Assembly (NCBI RefSeq): GCF_008831285.2
Contig: NC_045138.2
Coordinates: 20,770,001-20,834,000, forward strand
Origin: Nymphaea colorata
Lineage: Eukaryota
Length of the DNA stretch: 64,000 nt
Reading direction: 5' to 3'
Shown: positions 51,127-64,000 of the stretch, in pieces
How the letters are laid out: each line of letters starts with the position of its first letter
Position numbering within the stretch: position 1 is the first letter of the stretch
Notes under the pieces: model-generated
What the model was told of the DNA's origin: nothing
The model's database searches: none
Seen by the model: the letters and a program-made list of their open reading frames with translations, nothing else
Translations under genes and position numbers: made by a program

Positions 51127-52791
51127 TCAGAAGAAGGGCGCTGAGGGGAAATGATGACAGGCTGAGTTCTCATACTCGGTCTGTTGAATAGCACTTGGAG
51201 ATTGAAATTTGTTATTTTGTTATTCGTTCTTTTTACTTCTCTTGCTTTCGCGCTATTTTTGTCTAGATGGGTGTTGGTCTGTGAGATGGTCGCCGGGAAT
51301 TGAAGAAACTGTGGGAAGGAGAAACGAAAGAAGATTGTGTATTTACCGTGTGTACATGTCTCTGTTGGTCCTTTGCTATTCTTTTGCCTTCAATTTATGA
51401 ATATGAGTGTACAAGTGTTAGAAATTGTCAAAAAACTGATGGTACAGATAAATTTTGTTTACCTTTCATCGTCCTCCTCTTTTCCTCTTGAAAATATAAT
51501 TTTCTCTTAATGTAGAAAGCGTGGCTTGTCTCACCAAGCATCATTATTGCTTTGCTGATATATATATATATATATATATATATGCTATTTGTTTCTGGTA
51601 ACGTGCTTAAGATTCTAGCTTTGTCAGCTAATGATTGGTCCCACCGCATTAAAAGAGAGCTGCAGATCACGTCCATATGCCTGCATCCTCTGTCTCTGCT
51701 ATCTGTGAATGCTTCTGAAGGTCTCGACTTTCTTTCTTGCCTCCTCTGTCTCTGCTATCTGTTAATGCTTCTGGGGTCTCGGCTTTCTTTCTTGAGGACA
51801 CAGAGTCTGGTGTACAGTTGCCTCTTTCTCTGTCTAGTGGGTGCAGCCTCTTTTCTTTGCCAAAGTATGAAAGATTCTTTAGAAGAACAGATCTACGACA
51901 GGAGCTGTAAGAAAGATTTCCTAGCTGTAACGGCGTCGGGACGACTAGATTGAGAATCCTAGAAGGATGCTTTTGCCACATGGTCTCTTTACCTTTCTTC
52001 CCTGTTGTATTATCTAGGATAAAAGAGATGATTATGGTATTTTCACCTTTGCCTTTTTCTGAAAAGTCGGCCGCATGGGTTTATTTTTGTTATATGTTCA
52101 TTCAACGGATCCAAGTTCATAAAGAAGAAAAGCATGACAGGAGGAAATAGTCAAAAAGGGTAGGCTGGCGGAATGGACGCCCCTTCTACAGCAGTGAACT
52201 TTTCATTTTCAAAACAAACAAAAAAATTCATCGTTCTGGTGAAAACGGTCACTGATTTTACTGCCTTTTGCTTATACAGTGATTTCCTTTCACTCCTTTC
52301 CATTCCACATCTCAAGAAGGACGGAGCCTAGGAAATACAGCTTGCCAAACGGGCATGATTCTCCTTTATCTCAAACTTTCTGTCTTATCGTTGAAAGTGA
52401 GACGAGGCTTGTTGATCGGTGTTCGACGCAGATTCGGAGTACCACACTATAAAAGATAATCAATCAACGACTAAATATCGCATGAAAGTGTCAAAGAATT
52501 CGTCATGTTGCGCTGCTAAAGCTGAATCAAGTTGTATAAAGCATGAGTACTGCCACTGTTTTGCCCCATGGTGAAGCTCGGTGTAGTGCAGCAGGGTATG
52601 ACTGAGAGAGATGGGTGGCCACGATTCTGTTTTCATGGTTCACTACATGCACAAGATCATCTCCAAATCCAGGAAGAACACTCAAAAAAGAGAGTTTTAT
52701 TGCTGCTGCAAAGAAAATCTGTTCACATTTTTTTGGGTGACGAGGGGAAGGCACGGTCCCATTAAAGGCTGAAGTCTCACCCAATCCCTTA

Positions 52792-53018
52792 TAATTTGGT
52801 TGTTTGGTAGGATTGTCTCATGTCTATTGTTTCATAAATCTACTACAATTTTTCGGATAAATTCATAAGACACTCACATATTGTCCCTCTTGTCAAAAAC
52901 ACTATGTGAATGTCTCGTAAATTTATCTAAAAAATTAATGTATATTTACGAAACAATAAAGCTGATGTTTCATAAATTTGATCTAATCTAGTGTCACTTC
53001 TGCCAAACAACCAAGTTA
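52792..53018. mobile_element. Fold-back MITE (Tourist/PIF-Harbinger-like termini)
   Basis: Termini TTGGTTGTTTGGTAG / CTGCCAAACAACCAA; inner arms 52825-52880 and 52903-52958 are complementary at 45 of 56 positions by manual count. Confidence 0.8.
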
Positions 53019-53719
53019 CAGACTTACTCTCAGTCATATATGTTCAGAAAATATATTTTCTTAGCTGGTGTTAAATTCCGAAGCCCAACGAAAATATGAG
53101 ATCTGATAATGTTCCTGACAGGTGAGACCTCTGTTTTGACGCCTAATAACAGTTGAACGTTTTCTTCAATCAAGACTTTTTTTTTTGCTACTGTTTCTCA
53201 AATTTTCTTAATACCAGTTCGTGTCCTGTGAGGTCAGACGTCGAGATGTATAAATTTCAAAGAGAACCGAAACAGATTATTCTATAAGTGGCAGGAGACA
53301 CAATGATTCCCGCAACAGTCGGCCTACTCATTAATCTATGATCCTCCATTTTTCGTATGCTTGAATTTATGATTGCTTCTAACGTGCATGAGTTCTTAAT
53401 TTTTATTACTGCACGGTGGGCTCTTTTTCTCCCCTTTCTGGTGGCGTAAATTCTAAGCTCTTGCCATGCGCGTGGAACCATGGAGTTACTGCAAAAATAA
53501 TGCCTCTGCACCAACTTGCTAACTTATTACGATTTAAAATATAAAGTTTAACCCATGTGTTGTGGCCCCTTCCTGGAAGCCCATTGTCGAGATGAATTCA
53601 AAATGGCATGATGACTGTTTGCACGGACGGGGGCCGAGAATTGCGGCCAACTAAGGTTGACCCAAGTTACCTGCTCTCCTGTTCTCCACAGTTAATGCAC
53701 AGAATGGTTCTTACCATAT

Positions 53720-53722
<3 letters not shown>

Positions 53723-53784
<62 letters not shown>
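53723..53784. repeat. Compound microsatellite (CT)n(AT)n
   Basis: Direct reading. Confidence 0.95.
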
Positions 53785-53786
<2 letters not shown>

Positions 53787-56700
53787 TTGTTTTTCATTGT
53801 TATGTAGTCATTTAATCAGTGTATTTGGATAAATCTTGATGAGCAGTTAAGAAAAAAATAGAAGGAGAAAGGTAATGAATGTTTTTTTATTATTTAGTAT
53901 CAATTCACGTTTTTTTTTTTGTTTTTGTTGTTTCAATCTTGGACAGTCCTAACTAGATGGCTTGGTAACTCTAAATAACTAGAATCATCATTCACTCATT
54001 CACATATATGAAAGATTGAATGGTGACTTTGATTTTTCAAGAGTCACACAACCGTCTAATCAAAACTCCACGATTCATTACTATAGACATGTAAGATAGT
54101 TTTAATATATAAAGATTGCTATTAAAAGAATATAACATCTTATTTACAAATTCAAAGGACATCCATATGCTAGATTGTTAAAAGGGAGGTCAAACGTGGG
54201 TTCATTCAGTCTCCCTTTCTTTTTCAGAGCCATCTGGCTTGTTTGTCCATTGTAAAGCTGATCTTAAAATAAGCAGGGTTGTAGTTGTAGAGCTGGGAGA
54301 CAGAATAGATTATTGTAAAGGAAAAAACTTGTGTAAACAGTACTTCATAGTGTCTCGGAGGTAGCGGTCTACGATTTGTTCAACAATAAAATCCGCTGTA
54401 AACAAACCATAAGTAATGACTTGTTTTTGAATCTCACGTTTTGGACATTTGATGTCAACTTGTATGGTTAGACTCTTGAGAAATAAGCCTAAACACCTCG
54501 GATGATAATAAGTATATATATCTTATTGTGAAAAAAAATAACAAATCAGTGCTCAACTTTAAAGAAAAAAACAACATACAATTAAGATTTGATAAAAATT
54601 CTCAAAGAGCCGACAGAAAAAATTATATTTTGACATAAAAGACAAGAATATCTCTCATAAAGAACCATTCTTTCCTTAGCCAAAGGAAAATAATTTTTGT
54701 GTTTAAGAGAAGTATCTTTGTCATTTTACATAAAAAGATCATGTTATTTTGTGAGCATTGCTGTTACTTGGAAAATTCTCCCAAAAGGTGAGCACATATT
54801 TATTAACCTTTTAAAAGTTAAACAATGATATGTTATTTGTTTAAATGTTAAGTACCTTTTTGCAATATTTTAACAAATGAAGTAAGAAGAGAGAAAGAGA
54901 GAGAGAGAGAGAGAGGAAGAGAGAAATTTTTTTGAAAAAAACCAGTCTCAAAATGAGATTAGTTAAAAAAAACCAGTGTAAGCAGGAGGACGATTTCATC
55001 CAAACAAAAGCCATTCACCTTCCCTCCATCCCTCCATGAGTATGAACAATTTGTATAACTGCTGTAATTCCCCTCATGGATGTACTTCCCCTTCCTTCCT
55101 TCAGACCCCCACAAGCATAAGCATGGGCATCCACCGTTCCTCACTGTCGATGTGGGGGCGGCCCCTCGACAAGGCCATGTGCCAGAGGCCGCAACTTGGC
55201 ATAAATTGCCTTCATCCTCTTTCCCCTCCATTTTTTTCCACTAAAATAGCGGCAGCAGACCGATGGAACCCGAAAACCTGTTTACAGTGGCGGAACTAAA
55301 AATTTTTCCACCTCTTAGCTCCACCAAACAACTGTTTGTATAGGAAGACACATTATTATATAGAGAATTTCTCAGCTGGCAGGACCAACCGGGCAAGTGG
55401 TGGAACCAGAAAATTTATGTAGGGAGACCGTTACTGCGGTGCAACGTCACGGCGGCCGCCGAAGTTCTCCAGGCCAAAGTTTGAGCATATGGACAACTTC
55501 AGGTGTCGGGCTTCCGACCAGCCCCCATGATCAGACCCCTGCCATCCCTGCAACATCAAGAGTTGGACCAGCTGCTGTGGGAGACATAAAATGACACTGT
55601 TCCTGGCCGTTCTAACCAGCAGGCCTGGTGAATGGGACATACCGTGGCTGCATTGAGCCTTTCTGTGCTTTTGGCGCAGCAGACAAGAAGGGGGCCTCTT
55701 TGTTTGTTTCCCCCGTGCATTTCCCACGGTTCCAAACTTACAAGTTCACTTTTTACATGAATTTATTGAAATAATAAGCTTTCGGCCGCATGCGTCAATA
55801 CCTATGCATCCTCACAGACACAGAGGGATTTGCAAATAAAAGGGAAATGTGTGTGTGGGTGCATGCACACACCTAAACCAAAGGTTTTGGGTCTAAAATG
55901 CCGGCAGGATGGAATTCAAATGGAGAAATTGTTTTTGTAGAGCTCAACTATAGTAAATAAAACACTTTGTAATTGTTTCATGAACCTGTCTTAATTAAAG
56001 AATGAGAGAAATTTTTGGATACCTCGTTCTAATGTTTTATGAATATGCCTCAATTTTTTGGATTATAAAGACTCACGTAGTTGCCTAAACATCGCAGAAG
56101 ACAATCTTGAGTTTTTCATTGCTTCACCATATTCATACTTGGCTCTCCCGAACCCTAGCAGGTTATGCCTTTGCTCTCTCAACAATCGAAGTAGGCATTC
56201 GGGCATCTAAATGACTCATTTAGAAACATAAAAAGAACCCTTTAAGTAGGACAAACTTGGAAAGCTAAAATTCTTGAGAAAACCAAAAAGCCCCTCCCAA
56301 CTTACATGGTGCATGGTTTGTGAGGAGCACATGCAGCGGCACAACTAAAATACAAGGTAGAGATAGAAATTTTTCCTTAGGGGGCCGAACAGTATTTTCA
56401 AAATTTCTCTAAAAAAAATGAACAATATTTTTTAAAGTTTTTACCAGGGCCAAAGTTGCTGAATCAATAACTTTGTAAAATTATGTTATTTGCTAAATTG
56501 ATCACTATTGAAGCATAGAAATGATCATTCTCCTTCCAAGACTTCTCCAAGTCTAGGATGTGCACCCAACTTAGATTTGCACAAGAAGTGATACCCATAG
56601 GAATCGAACTGATCACCGTCGTCCTAGCAACCATAGTCCATCCGGATGCAAATCAAAGTATGTGATACCATGTCAATGAGTAGCATATATGAAGTATATG

Positions 56701-59700
56701 ACTAACTCAACATTAACATGCGCCACAACGAAGGTTTTGCACTAATTTAACTAAATAGCACAAGTATCTTTCTCCAATCATACTACACAACAATGTGCAA
56801 GTAAATCACAACAACAAGTCAAGAACCGCGGAGCTCACCCAGTAAACATCGTTCTTATACTTTGAATTTCTTGATCGAGTGCAAGATTGGTAAAATACCT
56901 ATATCCAGTGGCAAAGCTAGAATGTTTTTTTATGCGAGATTCAACATATAATTTTCAAATTTGTTTCCGGGGCCAAAGTAAATTTTTTTAAAAATTTATA
57001 CAGTAAAATTTAAATTTTCAAGACTTTCCCTGCAAGCTCCTCCAAAGCCTATATCATAGATCCCATTTTCAAGGGTTATCACATCAGGTTGATTGAGTTA
57101 TCTGCAACTTTCCTTTGTGTCTACCACTTTCTTAGAAGTGGTTGTGCAAATCCAATGGAATAATCCGATACAAGACAAGAGAAGTGAAAGCACTTGATAA
57201 GGACAAAGCGATGAAGAGACTTGGACAATGAGTTCCTTTATTCCAAGGTTCTCTAATACACGGACAAAAGTTTGGTATATCAATTATCTAGTGTTAGTAC
57301 ACGTAACTTTTTGACATATAGTTATCCATTAATCAATCATATGAAGTGGAAACATATTTCTTGAGTTATTGGAATCGAGAGTAAATGTGAAGTTAAAGTG
57401 AGCTCAATAGAGTTAGAATATGAGTCTATATAGACAGCAGATGTCGCACCCAGGAGAGGAGGCGCGAGCAAGGACGGGTCCCACCACGATCGTCATCATC
57501 TGCCAATATGAAGCAATGGTCCAAAAATCTCAAGATCACGGTGGAAGAATGTCTGATATGTGTATATGGGAAAATTTTGGCCTCTTGCTATGCTAACGGG
57601 TCGGTATGTGGGGGCCACACGACCCACCCCATGTGCACCGACAAGTGGGCATGAGCCCTGTCCCTCTTCGTTTAAATGACATCTTCATGCCATGTCTCCC
57701 TTTCTTCCTCAGTTGTTATTTTCTCTTTATTTTTCTCTTAACCGTCCATCATGATGACAACCTTCATACAAGAGCCCAGCGACTTTGGATAGCAATTCAA
57801 TTTTTTATATATATATATATATGCAAACCATTTAGATATGAACCATTTAATATGTTTATAAGTACTAATTCAATATAAAATATATCTTAGTTCAAATTAT
57901 TTTCAAGAAAAAACATAGATTTTTGGTAAGAGCTGTGGTTTTTTTTATTAGTACATGGACATGATTACTCAAAAAATGACCATCAATGATTCTCATCAAA
58001 CCTTTTTTTAAGATCATATTTACACAGTTAGATATTGATTTATACAAAAGAATACTTTAGTTAATTTTGAATGGTCAAGCTTTTTATCCCTGAGCTATGA
58101 AACTTACCCTTCTTGATACTCAAATTTGTCCTTAGAAAGAGGGCTTATACTTTTTCATGTGAAGGGCATTTTAGTCAGTTTAGGCCATAAGCTCCTACTT
58201 CCCTGTTCCATTAAACCCAATAATTCTTACTCAAGCGAACAAGATAAAGCCACAGAATTGAAAGAGGCTACTTCGACGTTTGAACTTATGACCAGCTATC
58301 TCAATGTTTATATACGTCATCTCTGTGTACAATTTTTTCGCATCTAACCCTTTCCATTCCATTCTGTTCCGTTCTAACCCTTTCCGGTTCCATGATTCGG
58401 TGGTGCCATTTGGCCATTTTCTGTTCATTCCCTCACTAAAGCATTTTTTTTTGTTCGTTTTAAACTTGTTGGCTCTTTTGTTTCCAAAAATACAAATGGA
58501 TTCACAAACAATTCTCATCTGATTCGGGAACTGTTTTGCTCCTGATTCGATTCAAAAACCTGGTGGTTTTCTTTGATCAACAAAACAAGGAAGTTAAAAC
58601 AAAAAAGACAGAAATTGTCCACAACATTGGTAGACTTGCTAGTTTCCCTTCAATATTATATTTCGTGTGACAACTCACGCCAATGTTGAAAATGGAAAAA
58701 GAAGATCTAGGGCCGAAAGTGTTCCTTGAATTCTAGAAATGTGGAGAGCGATCGGTCCACGGTCTAAAATATGGCTGGCAGCTGTTCGGGTCCCACCCGG
58801 ATCCAAACTATTCTTTTGGATCACGCTACCAAATAAAGAGCCCGGTGAGTATTAAATACTTTCCGCCGTCCACAGGTTGTCAGTTTTGGTTTTCCTTTTT
58901 AATGCAGCGGACCCACTGAGCTGGACCTAACTGTAAGCAAACCTGGATCCAGTTGTTTTGATTCTCGTGATCTGGATTCGGATCCCGGCAAAGCTGAAGC
59001 TTTGACAACCTAATCGAACCCCCCAACGGGACCTTTACAGGCAGGAGCACGTAAAATGGGTAGCAAAGTGAATATGGTTTTTCTGGATTATGCATAATAA
59101 TATACACACAAGTTGCGAGGGTGGAATCAGAAAATTCGGGTTAATGGGCAATAAATAGTTATATATAATTACTGCTAAACGTTAACATATGGGTGCTCTT
59201 AAAAATTACCGCCTGCACACAGCAAATATTAATTTAAATATAAAATGACAAAAATTCTCTTTTTGAAGACAGAATTATGTTTTGTCCCCCACGGGATAGA
59301 TTTAGGTGGTGCTTTTTGGAGAGTTTTTTTTTTTGTCATTTTACATTAAAAGTTAAAGTTTCTTGTCAATAATTAAGCGGATCCCTGTAATCGCTTTCAA
59401 AAGTTGAATTCGCATTTATTAACTTTTAAAAGCTTGTCAAAAATTTGTTATTTGCTTAAAACTTGGAAACCATTTCGTAATTTTTCATTAAATAACAAGT
59501 CATTCACTATAAAAGAAAAAACTTAAGAATCTTAACATCCACGTTCATCACTGTATCATAGCACACATTGGGTGCGAAAGCAAAAACTCAAACAATCATA
59601 TTAAAGTGACACATACCTTCTCTTTCTCTTCCAAGAATCTTAATGTGTAATTGTTTCACCATGGAATGATGCAAATTGTATTTGTATGTAAAAACTCAAC

Positions 59701-60742
59701 ATATATATATTGTCTGGTTTTTGCCAATCACTCTAAGAAATCGGTAAAAACTAGAAACCTAGGTCGGATAAAAACCAACTCTTTGATTTTGATTTTTAAA
59801 ATGTTTTTTTTCTTTTTTGCAATTTGATATGTTCTTGAGTTGATGCAAAACACATGCTAAGTTGACCATTTGTTAGACTTTGATGGTGTTTTTACAATAA
59901 GAAAAAAAGAACGCCCCATTGGCATGATTATAAAAAAATCAACATTTTTTATTAAAACAACTTGAATGGAAGCATGTTTTATATCAAAAGACTTTTTATA
60001 TGCATATTAAGATATTTATATCTTATTCAAATATAAAAAAAAATCAATGGGTTTGCTTTTTATCCCTCACCTATATATATATATATAAGAAAGAATTTGA
60101 AAGGAGAAAAATTGTGTATAAACAACTGTTCTATGAAAAACTGTTCGTTTAAACAATCGAGGCTCCTGCTTGAAGAGATTACGGCTCACGTATAAAAGCA
60201 CGAGACACTCTTCAATAACCAGCACCTCAAAATCATTACCTGCCCGACTAACCGGCTTTCATGTCCTAAATTATAGGGAACCATGCTGCATACGTCCCAA
60301 CGCAAAATGCTTCCTCAAATAATTCACCTTATTTGTCTCGCCAAATCTAGTCTTGGGTTTGTCACAGCGCCCACGAAGCAAACATCTTGGATCATGAAGA
60401 GCTAAAGGACCTATACATGACAAACCCATAAAACGAACTTTTTGCAACTGAAACTGTCAACAGTCAATTAGATTTCGCTTGCTAAGCTTCGAGGAGTATA
60501 ATATAACTAGTTGGTAGGTTCAAATTTCAGGTTTGACAGTATGTTTTCAGTTCAATTCTTGTGGGTACTATTCCCCTAAGATATACGCGATATTCAAGTT
60601 GAAGGGTGTACTGTAAGACCATTCAGATCTAAAAATTACCATGAACTATATGCATGGAAAAAAGAGCGGCGGCTTCATCTCTCACAAACCGCCAATTAGA
60701 CCATCATGCTAGATATGTTCATCTGCTATCCAACTGTCATAT

Positions 60743-60854
60743 CAGTGGAGGAGACAAAAAATTTTGGCTGAATAGACAAAAGACCCTCCATATAATTAGT
60801 CCCAGCTCGGAGTGGGTCTGCGTAGGCAGTTGCCCACACTTAACTCTGCCACTG
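60743..60854. mobile_element. Short diverged MITE with CAGTGG...CCACTG termini
   Basis: CAGTGGAGGAG ... CTCTGCCACTG inverted ends with a degenerate TSD (TGTCATAT/TGTCGAAA). Similar termini occur at about 13769-13926, 43362, 55285, 56906 and 62998. Confidence 0.5.
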
Positions 60855-62355
60855 TGTCGAAAAGATATGATATCCACCATTATTATCCGACAACAACACT
60901 CTGAGCACTTTCCTTATAATAAGAACTTAGTTCCAAACTTTGATGATAACGATGCAGACTCTAGAGCTCTTGTGCCCGTTAGAATTAAATCCTTATGACA
61001 GCAAGACCTGTCCCATGCATCATTACTACAGAAACTCTCTTATCAATCACTTATTGTACAGTGCAATCACAACTAGCAACGCCACTGCCATGAAAACTCT
61101 ACTGTGATCGATGAAGGTCGATAACGATCATCTCATCATCATGTTAAGTCTCGCGATGTTTTCCTGCTTGTTATATGTTATTGAGAAGCTCTTGCACTTT
61201 CTCGAGAACAAATATTTTTTACGAGTCTCTGGAACTATGTTCATTTTTCTGATACCGTGAATAGAATTGTTAGTAGAATACCTAAAGAGAAGTTAGCTAC
61301 ACGAGAAAATCACACAATTTGTTTGGACAACCTTCTCGAATCAAATGAATGTGGTTTAATTTGATGTTACAGGCTGACTACTGCATGTAAAAGTTGCAGA
61401 AAACGAACAACCCAATCTCTGGTTCAACTTAAGTAGGTGATTAAAATGAAATACATTGAAAATACCCAGACACATACTGGGAAATTGTAGACCTAGTTCT
61501 TAATTTGGTGCCCTCTTTATTATATGCATTCAAAGGTCTAAAACTTGCTAATCTGGACAACATTTACCTTCAGTAAGACTGCAATTGTCTCCAAATCTTT
61601 TGATATCTGCCCATAAATGCATGTGCATTAATGGGTTTCTTTTTGGTGCTCTTGTGGACAAAAACAGCCAAAGAGTTCTCATTTGAACCCACAAAGAGAC
61701 CAACTGCATGTGAGTGCTACCAATCAAAGTTCATGCACCAACACAAGGGGAAGTAGTTAATTAGGTCAATAGCTTTGGGTTGGGCACCATGAGAAACAAG
61801 TTAGGGCACATTTCTGCTTTGCTAGATCAGAAGTGGGTCTTCATTTATGTCTTCACCCAACTTGATGTTGTCTACTCACCGAACCTTGCAGTTGCAAGTG
61901 CATCCATCCATGTGATGCATTTTCAAGTCTCACAAATTATGTATCTATCAATCTTTTTTTGAAACAGATCACTATATATGTTATGCCTTCCTTAGATCCC
62001 AATATCCAAATTGGGGCATCCAACTGGACTGTCCCTATCTAGTTGCAGGTTTTGGCAGAGGGGCAATCATTCAAAAAAAAAAAAAAAAAAAGACACTCAA
62101 TATGCACCATATACAAAAAAAAGTAAATGACTAATGGGCACTCAGCATATAAAATACACAAATAGGTTAGGTCAACTAATATCTATATAAGTGGTTTTCA
62201 TGGAACTGTGTGGGCAACTGCCTACACGTGGCCGGGCCCTGTCGAGTTAGTATACTGTTAGAGGAAAAACATTAACCAAGTGGACCCCAGCTAAGCGAGG
62301 AAGGCAGATGAGGAAAACCACTCTCACCCTAATCTATCTCAACAGTGCAAGGAAG

Positions 62356-62544
62356 TAGGGGCGAAGCCAGAAATTTTCATGAAGGGGGCCAAATTAAAGT
62401 TTCTAAATTTTGTTTGAGGCTGAAATATCATTTTTTAAAATTTTTATATAAAACAAGTGAAATTTTTTAAAATTTACATGTATTTTTTTAAAAAAAAATT
62501 GAGCTGGGGTCAGGGCCCACGCACGCCCCCTGGCTCTGCCCCTA
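62356..62544. mobile_element. hAT-type MITE, intact
   Basis: TIRs TAGGGGCGAAGCCAG ... CTGGCTCTGCCCCTA, perfect 8-bp TSD CAAGGAAG (62348-62355 and 62545-62552), AT-rich interior. Confidence 0.9.
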
Positions 62545-64000
62545 CAAGGAAGAGTAATGCCCTTAGGAATAAAACAAGAAACGCGCCTTATCTCGTGTTT
62601 CCTGCTGTTAAGCTCCTTGTGGAGAGGGAGGGAGAGAAAGTAGTGCCTATTGTGCCAAGAGGTATACGGCAAAAAAGGAGAGTCTTGGTCCTCTTAAGAA
62701 ATAAGAAAGGAATTTTCTACTCAACTACCGTACCGTTTTAGATAGAGATCTTAAAAATTTAATTTGTATTTGATGGTTGAGCCCGAATGTGATTTAGCAT
62801 TCAATTCAATTCAAATCAACAATCTCGGTAGAATATCTATGATTATGCCTACCTGGTGCATATAGAGATATTGGATTATTTCCCGAAAGATGGAGAAGCT
62901 GAGGCTGAACGCACCTCTACTAGATTATGCCAGTAGAGATTGCATCAACATATGACATTCTTCAACTTAAAGGTCGTAAATTCAACCCCGGTTATATGCA
63001 GTGACGGAGCGAGAAAATTTTTTTAGAAGAGCGCCGATTCATAAGTTTTCATATTTGAAGGGACACTTATCTGTATAAAAAAATGAATATTGAACGACCT
63101 TAATATAAAAAGGAAAGAAAATTGAGAAACCAGCCTATATGTGGCTCTAGCTTTTCATTTTTCCCTTTGGGATTACATTTACCCTTTACCGACAAGCCTA
63201 GTTGAAAACAAAACAAGAAAAATGGTTTCAGATTAAATTTTGAATTTTTTTGCCATGTCCCAAAAACTTGAGTATCTTAGAGCCGTAGCCAAACTATTGC
63301 AATAATAACGAAAAAAATAAAGAAAGCGAAAAAAGGAAAATATCACGATATTTTGAAAAAGCGTTAAAAATCCAATTTATCGTGTTGGTCTTGTGATTTT
63401 ATCATTTATTCATTTTTTTGTTTCATTTTCTGTTTTTATTTTTTTTTTCAACTTTTGTTTCATTGCTTTCATTTCCACTTGTTTTAGGTATCTAATGTGA
63501 CCTCTTAAATACAATTAAATACTTGCTATTTTTTTCAGTTCTTATATTTTTAGTTAACATTTTGATTGTTTATTTAAAAAAAAACCTGAGATTTTTTCAA
63601 AAGAAACAAATTTTCTGTAAGGTACCCAAGAAAAACCTCCTCGAGAAAAACTCCAAAATGGTGTTTATAGCTATGCTTAGAGCAATCCACTTTACTTAAG
63701 TTTGGTTTTCTGAATTGTTTGTGGGCATGGATGTTCCACAGGAATGGAGAATGGTCAGGACAGTCTCCATTTCAATCTGGTCAGACCAATTCCCCATACT
63801 TGTCTACTCTTTCTCTCTCGTTTCCATAATTTTCATGTCTCAGAATCAAACGCACAAGAAGCTTTTCTCAGAAATGTACGTATTAAATGCTCACACGTTA
63901 AGATAAGGTCAGTTTGGTAGACAAAGAAAAAAAACATTAGAAAATATGATTAATCTTAAGTGGGCAGTGTTTGGATGGAGAGAAGTGAGAGGATGCTAAT

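Noticed and set aside
54959..55727. Cluster of short ORFs in a GC-richer patch
   Set aside because: No homology recognised; interleaved with MITE termini, so more likely regulatory or TE-derived.

Overview
AT-rich flowering-plant nuclear DNA with spliced genes (GT-AG introns, (TA)n microsatellites, MITEs, decayed LTR retroelements); most of the supplied ORFs are spurious. I could reconstruct four protein-coding genes by hand. (1) The 5' part of an MLO4-like gene on the minus strand: 7 exons between 6464 and 2923, continuing off the left edge. (2) A dienelactone-hydrolase-family alpha/beta hydrolase (+, 19788-24282). (3) A LEA-like / DUF4149 (TMEM205-type) membrane protein gene (-, 29281-24964), enlarged by nested in-frame tandem repeats including a near-perfect 405-bp duplication. 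(4) A patellin (Sec14/CRAL-TRIO + GOLD) gene (+, 48595-51126). Non-coding content includes two copies of a TRIM mini-retrotransposon beside (TA)n tracts, a Ty1/copia relic in permuted order (RNaseH-PPT-LTR-PBS-gag), a 184-bp tandem triplication at a MITE terminus, an hAT-type MITE with a perfect 8-bp TSD, fold-back MITEs and several dispersed repeats. I found no rRNA, tRNA or CRISPR array, and nothing I can confidently call a new biological system. The best leads are the repeat-expanded LEA/DUF4149 protein, the TRIM family and the permuted copia junction. Family assignments come from recalled motifs, not database searches.
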